Notes under the pieces: generated by a model
Seen by the model: the letters and a program-made list of their open reading frames with translations, nothing else
Database searches by the model: none
What the model was told of the DNA's origin: nothing
NCBI GenBank assembly: GCA_043825735.1
Contig: JBDRRP010000009.1
Location: forward strand, 62,001 to 126,000
Source: Pseudomonadota bacterium
GTDB taxonomy: Bacteria > Desulfobacterota > Desulfobacteria > Desulfobacterales > JBDRRP01
Direction of reading: 5' to 3'
DNA: 64,000 nucleotides
Shown here: piece after piece, positions 47,390-56,185 of the stretch
How the letters are laid out: every line of letters begins with the position of its first letter
Numbering within the stretch: the stretch's first letter is position 1
Program-made: the position numbers and the translations under genes

Positions 47390-49552
47390 ATGAAAATAGA
47401 CAGAAGAAGTTTCTTGTCATTTGTGATCGGCGGTGCGGCGGGAACCGCCCTTTCCCCCCTGCCCTGGAAACTGACGGACGACAGCTCTATTTGGTCTCAA
47501 AACTGGCCCTGGACGCCGGTGCCTCAGGATGGCGAATATACAGTTACCAACACGGTGTGCACCCTTTGCCCCGGGGGCTGCGGTATCTCTGTGAGAAAAG
47601 TCGATGACCGTGCCGTCAAGATCGAAGGCATCCCCGGTCATCCCATCAACGACGGCGGCATCTGCATTCTCGGCCTCTCCGGTCTGCAACTGCTCTACGG
47701 GCCGACCCGAATCAGCGCACCGATGAAGCGCGTGGGCGTGCGGGGGGGCGGTGAGTGGCAGGAGATTTCCTGGGAAGAGGCCATTCAAAGCCTGGCAGAA
47801 AAGCTGACCGACATTCGCAGTGGCGGCAATCCGCACCATGTGGCCTGCATGGCCGGCTCCGGCCGGGGTACCACCTACCGTCTGATGGACCGGTTTCTGC
47901 AGGCCTACGGATCCCCCAATTTCATACGCATACCCAGCCTGGATGACTCCCTCGAACTGGCCATTTACCGCACAATGGGCAATGTCGCCACAGCGGGTTT
48001 CGATGTCGAAAACGCCGACTTTGTCGTCAGCTTCGGCGCCGGCCTCATCGAAGGCTGGGGCTCACCGGTGCGGATGTTCCGCGCCAAGAGTCAGTGGACG
48101 GATTCCGGCGCGCGGTTGGTTCAGATCGATTCGCGCCTGTCCATCACGGCCGCCAAATCAGACAAATGGGTGCCCATCAATCCGGGCACGGAAATGGCCC
48201 TGGCCCTGGGTCTGGCCCATGTCATTTTGAAGGAGGCGCTCTACCGCTTCGATCCGACCCGTTTTGATGACGCCAGTTTTAACGCCTTTCAGCGCAATGT
48301 GCTCGCCAATTACGGCCCGGAAAAGGTCGCAGCCGTAACCGGAACCGACCCGTCCACCATTATTTCCCTGGCCAGAGCCTTTGCCCGGGCCAAGCGACCG
48401 CTGGCCCTTTGCGGCAGGGGGCAAGGCCGTACGCCCATTGCGGTCGGAGAAGCTATGGCGGTGCTTGCCCTCAACGCCCTGGTGGGTGGCCTCGGCCGCG
48501 AAGGCGGCATGGTCCCCGTGCCGGACATGGATTACATCCAGTGGCCGGACCCGGAAATGGACGCCGTGGCGTCGGCCGGTCAGCAGGCCGGTCGCATCGA
48601 CGGTGCCGATACCGATGCCCGGTGCATTGCCCATCGGATTTCCAAGGGAACTTACGGCCTTGAGGTCTTGATGGTCGCCGGTGCCAACCCGCTGTATTCC
48701 CTGCCCGACACGGCGGCAATGAAGCGTGCGCTGGCAGACATCCCCTTGATCGTGAGTTTTTCCTCCTACATGGATGAGACCGCCGCGTTTGCGGATCTGC
48801 TGCTTCCCAATCATCACTATCTTGAACGCTTTGAAGATGTTCCCACCCCGGCAGGGTTTCCCCGTCAGATGCTGTCACTGGCCAAACCGGTGGTGGCGCC
48901 CCTGTACAACACACGGCACACTGGCGATGTCATGATCGGCCTGGCCAACGCCATGGGTGAGCCCATCGCGGGCGCCTTTCCCTGGGGCGATTATCAGAGC
49001 TGCCTTGCTGAAACACTCGGTGATGCCTTCGATACACTTCTTGAATCGGTCACCATGGTCGAAGAGGGCCTTCCCGAGATGGCTATTGAAACCGATTCCG
49101 GCCACATCGAACTGCCGAGCGGAGCGTTCACAGCGGTGGCGGCAGCCGGTGATGCCAAACAGTTCCCCCTGATTTTGCTCCCCTACGATTCCATGCGACT
49201 GGCCAGCGGTTACATCGGAGATCCACCCTTCATGGTAAAGACTGTCGAAGACACCGTGCTCAAGGGACAAGACGTTTTCGTGGACATCAATCCGCAGACG
49301 GCCGGCAAGCTTGGTTTCAAGGACGGCGCCCGCGCCACCCTGACCACCCCCGTTGGCAAGGCTCCTGTGCGGATCCACCTGTCCGAGGGGATCATGCCCG
49401 GTGTGGTGGCCATGCCGCGCGGGTTGGGTCATACGGCCTATGACGATTACCTGGCCGGCAAAGGCCAGAACTTCAATGATCTGATCGGCCCGGTCGAGGA
49501 CCCGTCTTCCGGCCTCGATGCTGCCTGGGGAATCCGCGCGCAGCTCAGCTAA
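47390..49552 (+). CDS. qrcB: QrcB molybdopterin-oxidoreductase-like periplasmic subunit
   Basis: Tat signal DRRSFL; SPLPWKLTDDSSIWSQNWPW; CTLCPGGC..C Fe-S motif; operon position. Confidence 0.92.
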   Translation: MKIDRRSFLSFVIGGAAGTALSPLPWKLTDDSSIWSQNWPWTPVPQDGEYTVTNTVCTLCPGGCGISVRKVDDRAVKIEGIPGHPINDGGICILGLSGLQLLYGPTRISAPMKRVGVRGGGEWQEISWEEAIQSLAEKLTDIRSGGNPHHVACMAGSGRGTTYRLMDRFLQAYGSPNFIRIPSLDDSLELAIYRTMGNVATAGFDVENADFVVSFGAGLIEGWGSPVRMFRAKSQWTDSGARLVQIDSRLSITAAKSDKWVPINPGTEMALALGLAHVILKEALYRFDPTRFDDASFNAFQRNVLANYGPEKVAAVTGTDPSTIISLARAFARAKRPLALCGRGQGRTPIAVGEAMAVLALNALVGGLGREGGMVPVPDMDYIQWPDPEMDAVASAGQQAGRIDGADTDARCIAHRISKGTYGLEVLMVAGANPLYSLPDTAAMKRALADIPLIVSFSSYMDETAAFADLLLPNHHYLERFEDVPTPAGFPRQMLSLAKPVVAPLYNTRHTGDVMIGLANAMGEPIAGAFPWGDYQSCLAETLGDAFDTLLESVTMVEEGLPEMAIETDSGHIELPSGAFTAVAAAGDAKQFPLILLPYDSMRLASGYIGDPPFMVKTVEDTVLKGQDVFVDINPQTAGKLGFKDGARATLTTPVGKAPVRIHLSEGIMPGVVAMPRGLGHTAYDDYLAGKGQNFNDLIGPVEDPSSGLDAAWGIRAQLS

Positions 49553-49576
49553 GATTACATCTGACAAGGGGTTTCG

Positions 49577-50392
49577 ATGAAAAAAGGACACTCAAACGCC
49601 AAGAAGTACGGGATGGTCATCGATCTGGACAAGTGTACCGGCTGCGGCGCCTGCATGGTGGCATGCATGTCGGAAAACAATGTGTCGTTCAAGAAAGATG
49701 AATCAGACAAGTTGACCAGTATCACCTGGATGAAAGTTTTTCGGATCGGCAACGGCAAGCACTTTCCGGACGCCGACTATATCTTTCTTCCAAGACCGTG
49801 CATGCACTGTGAGGGCAGTCACGGACATTCACCGTGTGTCTCCGTATGCCCGGCCACTGCTACCGATTACAGCCAGGAGACCGGGCATGTCAGCCAGATC
49901 TACACCCGGTGCTTTGGCTGCCGCTACTGCATGGGGGCCTGCCCTTACCATGCCCGGTACTTCAACTGGTACGATCCGGTCTGGCCCGAGGGGATGGAAC
50001 GCTATCTCAGCCCCAACGTGTCGCCGCGTATGCGCGGTATCGTCGAAAAGTGCAGCTTCTGTTTTCACCGCTACCAGCTGGCCATGGAAAAGGCATTTGT
50101 CGAAGAACGCAGAGAACTCGAAGAAGGCGAATACCAGACGGCCTGCACTCAGGCTTGTCCGGCGGGCGCTATCACTTTCGGCGATCTTAACAACCCCGAC
50201 CACGCGGTGCACCAGATCGCGCAGCCCGATGCGGCCCACGGCGGCCGCCCCGGGAATCCGAAGGCGTTTCGTTTGCTGGAGGAACTGGGGACCAACCCAA
50301 AAGTCTATTATTTGTCCAGCCGAGACTGGGTACTGAAAATGGGCGCCGATTTCATCGGAAAGAAGGGCGGCGCTGCTGGCGGTGGCCACTGA
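49577..50392 (+). CDS. qrcC: QrcC 4Fe-4S subunit (NrfC/DmsB family)
   Basis: MVIDLDKCTGCGAC..AC, PCMHC..PCVSVCP, CFGCRYCMGACPY, EKCSFC..ACTQACP and GTNPKVYY. Confidence 0.95.
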   Translation: MKKGHSNAKKYGMVIDLDKCTGCGACMVACMSENNVSFKKDESDKLTSITWMKVFRIGNGKHFPDADYIFLPRPCMHCEGSHGHSPCVSVCPATATDYSQETGHVSQIYTRCFGCRYCMGACPYHARYFNWYDPVWPEGMERYLSPNVSPRMRGIVEKCSFCFHRYQLAMEKAFVEERRELEEGEYQTACTQACPAGAITFGDLNNPDHAVHQIAQPDAAHGGRPGNPKAFRLLEELGTNPKVYYLSSRDWVLKMGADFIGKKGGAAGGGH

Positions 50393-50455
50393 TAAGGCAC
50401 CGACTCATGGTGATACCGACAACCGCAACCGCACAGAATTAGGAGCACAGCACTT

Positions 50456-51748
50456 ATGGATTCTGCATTAATTCCCAAGGGAGTCAAACGATGCCCCACC
50501 TGGCAGTTTGCGCTGTGGATTGGCGCCGTGGGGGCCGTTCTGCTGTGGGGTGTCTATGCCATGCTGCTCTGCTGGTTCAAGGGCCTCAACCAGACCAACA
50601 TGAACGACTACTACGGCTTCGCCCTGTGGATCTGGGCCGATCTGGCCGTCATCGCACTGGGCGGCGGCGCGTTTTTTTCGGGGCTTTTGAAGTATATCAT
50701 CGGAAAAGACGATCTCAAGCACATCATCAATTTCGCCGTTCTGATCGGGTTCATCTGTTACAGTTCGGCACTGCTCATCCTGGCCATTGACATCGGTCAG
50801 CCGCTCCGGGGGTGGTTCATCTTCTGGCATGCCAATGTGCACTCCATGCTTACCGAGGTGGCATTCTGCCTGAGCTGCTACTTTGGTGTGCTGACCATCG
50901 AGTACATCCCGCTGATTCTGGAAAACCGGCAGGTCGACAAGATCCCTTTTTTCCACAACCTCAGCCACAACATGCACGAAGTCATGGCTGTTTTCGCCGC
51001 CACCGGCGCATTCCTGAGCTTTTTCCATCAGGGATCCCTCGGCGGCGTGGCCGGTGTGCTCTTCGGAAGGCCCTTTGCCTGGCGTGAACACTTCTTTATC
51101 TGGCCCACCACCTTTTTCCTCTTCACCTGGTCGGCTGCGGCCTACGGTCCCTGCTTTACCATTGCACTCGTGAAGTTGACCGAAAAGATTACGGGCAAAA
51201 AGCTCGTCAAAGACACCGCCGTTCATCTGCTGGCCAAGATTTCGGGCTGGATGATCCTCACCTACAGTATCGCCAAGTCGGTCGACACCCTCTACTGGGC
51301 CACACAGACCGATGTCATGGCGTTTTACGCCAACAACCCGCTGTACAAGATCCCGATGCTCTTTTTCGAAATCGTCATCTGTGGTTTTGTCCCGGGCATC
51401 ATGCTGATCACCGGCAAGGTGCGGCAGATGGAAAAACTGCTGGTGACGGCAACCGTGCTGGGCATCATCGGCGTCAGCCTCAACCGTTGGGTTATGGTGC
51501 TTCAGGTCATGGCTGTGCCCATCATGCCCTTTGACCAGTGGGCCATGTACATCCCGAGCTGGCAGGAAATCGCGACCACTGTCTTGCCGGTCGCTTATGG
51601 CGTGATCCTGGTCTCTTTGTCCTACCGGTACCTACCGGTGTTTCCGGATGAAGCCGAATTGAACCCCATCGCGACTGCAGCGCCCGCTGCCGGGGACGCG
51701 TCTGAAGACGCCGCCACCGGTGCCGATCTGCAGCCGGCCGAAGCCTAA
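50456..51748 (+). CDS. qrcD: QrcD integral membrane subunit (NrfD/PsrC family)
   Basis: About 10 TM helices; WIWADLAVIALGGGAF, DIGQPLRGW, HSMLTEV..C and HQGSLGG. Confidence 0.95.
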   Translation: MDSALIPKGVKRCPTWQFALWIGAVGAVLLWGVYAMLLCWFKGLNQTNMNDYYGFALWIWADLAVIALGGGAFFSGLLKYIIGKDDLKHIINFAVLIGFICYSSALLILAIDIGQPLRGWFIFWHANVHSMLTEVAFCLSCYFGVLTIEYIPLILENRQVDKIPFFHNLSHNMHEVMAVFAATGAFLSFFHQGSLGGVAGVLFGRPFAWREHFFIWPTTFFLFTWSAAAYGPCFTIALVKLTEKITGKKLVKDTAVHLLAKISGWMILTYSIAKSVDTLYWATQTDVMAFYANNPLYKIPMLFFEIVICGFVPGIMLITGKVRQMEKLLVTATVLGIIGVSLNRWVMVLQVMAVPIMPFDQWAMYIPSWQEIATTVLPVAYGVILVSLSYRYLPVFPDEAELNPIATAAPAAGDASEDAATGADLQPAEA

Positions 51749-51768
51749 ACCGCACAAGGAGGATTCGC

Positions 51769-51930
51769 ATGTTTCCCTTTAATTTTGAATGGATCTGGGA
51801 CATGTCCCATCTCATATTCATGGGCGGACTGTGGTATGCCATCTCCATCCTTGGCATGGGAATGACCTACTGCATCCTCAAGGCCGGATGGGACGCCTCG
51901 CAAGGGCACGGCGGCGGCCACCACCATTAG
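51769..51930 (+). CDS. 53-aa single-TM protein ending the qrc operon (not in the ORF track)
   Basis: AAGGAGG RBS; MFPFNFEWIWDMSHLIFMGGLWYAISILGMGMTYCILKAGWDASQGHGGGHHH; starts 20 bp after qrcD and ends before the terminator. Confidence 0.8.
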   Translation: MFPFNFEWIWDMSHLIFMGGLWYAISILGMGMTYCILKAGWDASQGHGGGHHH

Positions 51931-51956
51931 CCCCAGCTGCCTGTCATGACCAAACG

Positions 51957-51991
51957 GCGCCGCCCCAGCGATTTGGGCGGCGCTTTTTTTT
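51957..51991 (+). terminator. Rho-independent terminator of the qrc operon
   Basis: GCGCCGCCC-CAGCGATTT-GGGCGGCGC followed by T8. Confidence 0.8.
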
Positions 51992-52005
51992 GAAGGCCGT
52001 AGCGC

Positions 52006-53259
52006 ATGGATCGGATTGTTATCGAAGGCGGGCGGCCGTTGAACGGCATCGCCGTGGTCGGCGGCTCCAAGAACGCGGCGCTGCCCATTCTGGTGGCGGC
52101 GCTGCTGGTGGATGGTGAGGTGACATTTGCCAATGTTCCCCGCCTGCACGATATTCGAAGCACCTGTGATCTTCTGGCCCATCTGGGCTGCCGGATATCG
52201 GTGGCCGGCGATCGTGTCAGCATCGATGCCGCCGGTCTGCACTGCCACGAAGCCCCCTATGACCTGGTGAGAAAGATGCGGGCCTCCATTCTGGTTCTGG
52301 GGCCCTTGCTGGCACGGTTGAAGCGTGCCAGGGTATCGCTGCCGGGGGGGTGTGCCATCGGTGCCCGGCCCATCAACCTTCACCTTGAAGGGATGAAGCG
52401 GCTGGGGGCCGCCATCGAGCTGCAACATGGTTATGTGGTGGCCTCCGCCAAACACCTCACCGGCGGCGACGTTTATTTCGATACGGCAACGGTGGGAGGG
52501 ACCGAAAACCTCATGATGGCAGCCGTGCTGGCGGAAGGGGTCACGGTGCTCAAAAATGCCGCCAGGGAGCCGGAGATCAGTGCGCTTGCCGATGCATTGA
52601 ACCAGATGGGCGCAGACGTCAGCGGGGCCGGCACATCGACCATCACCATCCGTGGCGTTGACCGTTTGAGGCCTGCCGAGATTCGCATCATTCCGGACCG
52701 CATCGAGTGCGGTACCCTGATGGTCGCTGCCGCCCTGACCGGTGGTGATGTGACCGTAGTGAACTGCGTGCCCGCGCATCTGGACGCAGTGACCGAGAAA
52801 TTGCGGGCCATGGGGGCATCGGTGACAACGGGAACCGAGGATATCCGGGTACAAGTACGCGGCGGCCTGCACCCGGCTGATATCCGGACCCTTCCTTTTC
52901 CGGGATTTCCCACCGACATGCAGGCCCAGTTCATGGTCCTGGCGTCGATCGCCGATGGCCAGAGCATCATCACGGAAACCATTTTCGAGAACCGCTTTAT
53001 CCATGTCAGCGAACTGCGCCGGATGGGCGCCGATATCACTGTTACCGGAAACACCGCCATGGTCCGCGGCGTTAAGACCCTGTCTGGGGCTCCGGTCATG
53101 GCCTCGGATTTGAGGGCCAGCGCCTCCTTGATTCTGGCCGGCCTGGTCGCTGCCGGCCAGACCGTGGTCAGCCGGGTCTACCATCTTGACCGCGGATATG
53201 AGAAACTCGAAGAAAAACTGTCCAAGCTGGGTGCGATCATTCGCAGAGAGAAAGCATGA
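52006..53259 (+). CDS. murA: UDP-N-acetylglucosamine 1-carboxyvinyltransferase
   Basis: [32 protein letters not shown] (active-site Cys present), [17 protein letters not shown] and HLDRGYE. Confidence 0.98.
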   Translation: MDRIVIEGGRPLNGIAVVGGSKNAALPILVAALLVDGEVTFANVPRLHDIRSTCDLLAHLGCRISVAGDRVSIDAAGLHCHEAPYDLVRKMRASILVLGPLLARLKRARVSLPGGCAIGARPINLHLEGMKRLGAAIELQHGYVVASAKHLTGGDVYFDTATVGGTENLMMAAVLAEGVTVLKNAAREPEISALADALNQMGADVSGAGTSTITIRGVDRLRPAEIRIIPDRIECGTLMVAAALTGGDVTVVNCVPAHLDAVTEKLRAMGASVTTGTEDIRVQVRGGLHPADIRTLPFPGFPTDMQAQFMVLASIADGQSIITETIFENRFIHVSELRRMGADITVTGNTAMVRGVKTLSGAPVMASDLRASASLILAGLVAAGQTVVSRVYHLDRGYEKLEEKLSKLGAIIRREKA

Positions 53260-53310
53260 ACAGCGCTTGCTCAATACTCAATTTGATTTTACCCCCTGGC
53301 ACTGCGTTGG

Positions 53311-53395
53311 AACCACGAAGACCACGAAGTGCACGAAGAAAAACCAAGGCAATAGCAAGTTAAAAAAACTTCATGTCCTTCGTGAACTTCGTGGT
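53311..53395. repeat. Complete family A palindromic repeat
   Basis: AACCACGAAGACCACGAAGTGCACGAAG, A-rich spacer, CTTCATGTCCTTCGTGAACTTCGTGGT. Confidence 0.9.
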
Positions 53396-53631
53396 GCGTA
53401 AAAAAGAGGGTTTTGAAGCATCGACACGCTGACGATAGTTTTGTTCATAACCTGAAAGAATAATGGCTGCGCCGCCTGAGGCGGCGCCCCTATCTGTTGT
53501 CGTGCAGGACTTTCCGGGCCGGATCGCCGCGCCCCGCGGCTGCGTGTAACCCCTTCCTCCGGCTTCGTGCAAAAACCCTGCGGCGGGGTCCACCCCCCGG
53601 TGGTCCACCCCCGCGCCTGCCACGCCGTCTC

Positions 53632-56175
53632 ATGGTTGTCAGAAGCCGGAACCGGCCAGTGCGACATCGCCCCCTCATTGCCCTCTGTTTGGCCTTTATG
53701 GCCGGAATTTTCTCCGGTGTGCACCTCACTGCGAGGATGCCGCTGACAGTGGCGCTCTCAGGTGCTGCCGTTGCAGCGGCCGCGGCGGTGTTTACCGGTT
53801 GTGACCGAAGACTCGTCCGGACCTCCGTTTTAGTTTTGATATGGCTGGCGGGGATGACATCCATCCAGCCGTGGGTCCACCCGGCATTTGGGCCGGATCA
53901 CATCCTGCGGCAGGTGGATACCGGCTGGCCGGTGGTTTGCGCAACGGTGATCGGTCAGCCCCGGTACGGGGTTCAGCGCGTCAGTGTGATTGTCGCGGCG
54001 ACAGCCCGGCAGACCGCTGCCGGGTGGACGCCCGCAACCGGTCGGGTTCGTGTCACCGTCGGTGGTGCACCGGTGCCGTCCATCAACATCGGTGACCGGG
54101 TGCGATTCAGCGGACGCCTGGCGCCGATCGGCGGATTTCGCAATCCCGGGGGGTTCGATTTCGCAAGGCACATGGCGTTTCGGGGGGTATGGGTTCGCTG
54201 CTGGGTGCCGGTTGAGCGGTTCCATATCCGGATACCGGCTACCGAGGCCGCTGGCTGGTGGCATCCTGACAGCTGGAGACCAAAGATCGCTCAATGGATG
54301 GCCGATCGGGTGAATGGTGATGCGCTGGCGCTGCTGCAATCGTTAATCATTGGCGAGCGGCGACATCTCACTCCACGGCTCAGGGACACGTTCAACCGGC
54401 TCGGCATCAGCCACCTATTGGCCATTTCAGGCCTTCATATCGGCATTATCGCACTGGTGAGCTATTGGACCGCCCGGTGGCTCATGGTGCGACTGCCCGT
54501 TCTGGTGTGGCGGGGATGGGTTGAGCGGGCCGCCACCATGGCGACCCTGCCGCCACTGATAGCGTATGCACTCCTTGCGGGCATGTCTTCGGCCACGCAG
54601 CGGGCACTGGTCATGGCGCTTGTTATCGCGGTGGGTATCATCGCAGGGCGCCGCCACGATCTGTTCAACACGCTGGCTGCGGCAGCCGTTTTGATCCTGG
54701 TATTGACCCCCCCGGCCTTATTTGAGCTTTCCTTTCAGTTTTCTTTCATGGCGGTGGGGGGCCTCCTTGCCGGCATGCCCCTGGTAAGGCCGGCAACGGC
54801 GTTTCAGCCAGCTGAAGCGGCGTCTTTGAGAGTTCGGCTGACGCGGTGGGTAAAGACCAGCATCATCCTTTCCCTGCTGGCCAACCTGGCTACCGTGCCG
54901 CTGTCCATGTTCTATTTCCAGCAGGTATCGCTGGTGGGGTGCCTGACAAACCTGATCTTCATTCCGCTGTTCGGTTTTCTGGTCATTCCCCTGGCGCTGG
55001 CCGCCGCCCTCATGATGGTACTGATTCCGCCGCTGGGCACGGTGTTGCTTTCCTTGGCCGCCGGTATTGTAAACGCCGGCCTGGCGGTGGCCGAAACCAT
55101 CGCCGGCGTCCCGTTCATTGCCGTGGCCACAGTGGTGCCCACCCTGTTTGAGATGGGGCTTTATTACGCCTGCGGCGGGTGGATTTGTTATGGCCTGGCC
55201 CGCAATCAGAACTGCGCCGGGCAGCGAGGCACCCTCGCGGGTGCAGGTAACGCCCAAGGAAATTTTGGGAAGCTGCGGTGGGTCGGCGTGCTCATGGCGG
55301 GCCTCATGCTTTTCGGGGCCGATGGGCTGTACTGGATGCACCGCCGGTTCTGGCACGAGGACCTCAGGATCACATTTCTGGATGTGGGGCAGGGCAGTGC
55401 CGCCGTCGTCGCCTTTCCCGGCGGCGAGACGATGCTGATAGACGGCGGCGGCTCAGCCATGCCCGGAGCCTTTGATGTTGGCGCCGGGGTGGTGGCCCCG
55501 TTTTTAAGGCGGGAACGGATCTTCACCATCGATACGCTGGTGCTGACCCATGCCAACAGTGATCACCTCAACGGTCTTCTCGCCATCGCAGAGCAGTTCA
55601 GGATCGGCGCCTGCTGGAGCAATGGGGAGCCGGCATCGACGGCGGGCTATCGCCGGTTCATAACGATACTGAAGAAAAAGAATATCGTTTGCCCGGAATT
55701 CAGGGCAATCTTCGGGATTCACCATAGCGGCGGCGCAGAGATCTCGGTACTGTATCCGCCGCCGGATTTCAGACAGCGGCGATTGGCGGTGGCCGGGAGC
55801 GGTCTAAACGATGACTCATTGGTGATCAGGATCGCCCAGGATGGGTGTTCGGTACTGCTCACCGGTGATATTACGGCGCCGGCAGAGGCGGCGCTGGTGG
55901 CGCTTCAGGGAAAACGGGTGGCGGCCGATATCCTTCAATCACCCCATCACGGCAGCCGCAGTTCAAGCTCACCGGTGCTCATCGATGCCGTTCGCCCGGC
56001 GGCTGTGGTGATCTCGGCCGGGTGGCGGAACCGGTTCGGGTTTCCGCACCCGGAGGTGATCAAGCGATACCGCCGTGCCGGCGCGGTGCTGTGGCGTATC
56101 GACACCGGCGGCGCCGTGTCGCTGTCGATGGCCGGCGGGCAGTGGCGCTGCCGGCAGGCGTCTTTGACGCGCTGA
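53632..56175 (+). CDS. comEC: DNA uptake competence protein ComEC/Rec2
   Basis: RNPGGFD, HLLAISGLHI, SFQFSF, FLDVGQG, LTHANSDHLNG, SPHHGS and NRFGFPH motifs; exact start uncertain. Confidence 0.94.
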   Translation: MVVRSRNRPVRHRPLIALCLAFMAGIFSGVHLTARMPLTVALSGAAVAAAAAVFTGCDRRLVRTSVLVLIWLAGMTSIQPWVHPAFGPDHILRQVDTGWPVVCATVIGQPRYGVQRVSVIVAATARQTAAGWTPATGRVRVTVGGAPVPSINIGDRVRFSGRLAPIGGFRNPGGFDFARHMAFRGVWVRCWVPVERFHIRIPATEAAGWWHPDSWRPKIAQWMADRVNGDALALLQSLIIGERRHLTPRLRDTFNRLGISHLLAISGLHIGIIALVSYWTARWLMVRLPVLVWRGWVERAATMATLPPLIAYALLAGMSSATQRALVMALVIAVGIIAGRRHDLFNTLAAAAVLILVLTPPALFELSFQFSFMAVGGLLAGMPLVRPATAFQPAEAASLRVRLTRWVKTSIILSLLANLATVPLSMFYFQQVSLVGCLTNLIFIPLFGFLVIPLALAAALMMVLIPPLGTVLLSLAAGIVNAGLAVAETIAGVPFIAVATVVPTLFEMGLYYACGGWICYGLARNQNCAGQRGTLAGAGNAQGNFGKLRWVGVLMAGLMLFGADGLYWMHRRFWHEDLRITFLDVGQGSAAVVAFPGGETMLIDGGGSAMPGAFDVGAGVVAPFLRRERIFTIDTLVLTHANSDHLNGLLAIAEQFRIGACWSNGEPASTAGYRRFITILKKKNIVCPEFRAIFGIHHSGGAEISVLYPPPDFRQRRLAVAGSGLNDDSLVIRIAQDGCSVLLTGDITAPAEAALVALQGKRVAADILQSPHHGSRSSSSPVLIDAVRPAAVVISAGWRNRFGFPHPEVIKRYRRAGAVLWRIDTGGAVSLSMAGGQWRCRQASLTR

Positions 56176-56185
56176 CGGGGAAGGC

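Noticed and set aside
47390..49552. Novel molybdoenzyme or formate dehydrogenase
   Set aside because: Sequence and context (cytochrome, Fe-S and NrfD-type neighbours) match QrcB, a known non-catalytic member of the family.
52006..53259. Fosfomycin-resistant MurA variant
   Set aside because: The active-site Cys (LPGGCAIG) is present, so this is an ordinary MurA.
11661..53395. CACGAAG and CGCAGAG repeats as a possible CRISPR array
   Set aside because: The copies are dispersed and inverted, not regularly spaced direct repeats with unique spacers, and there are no cas genes.
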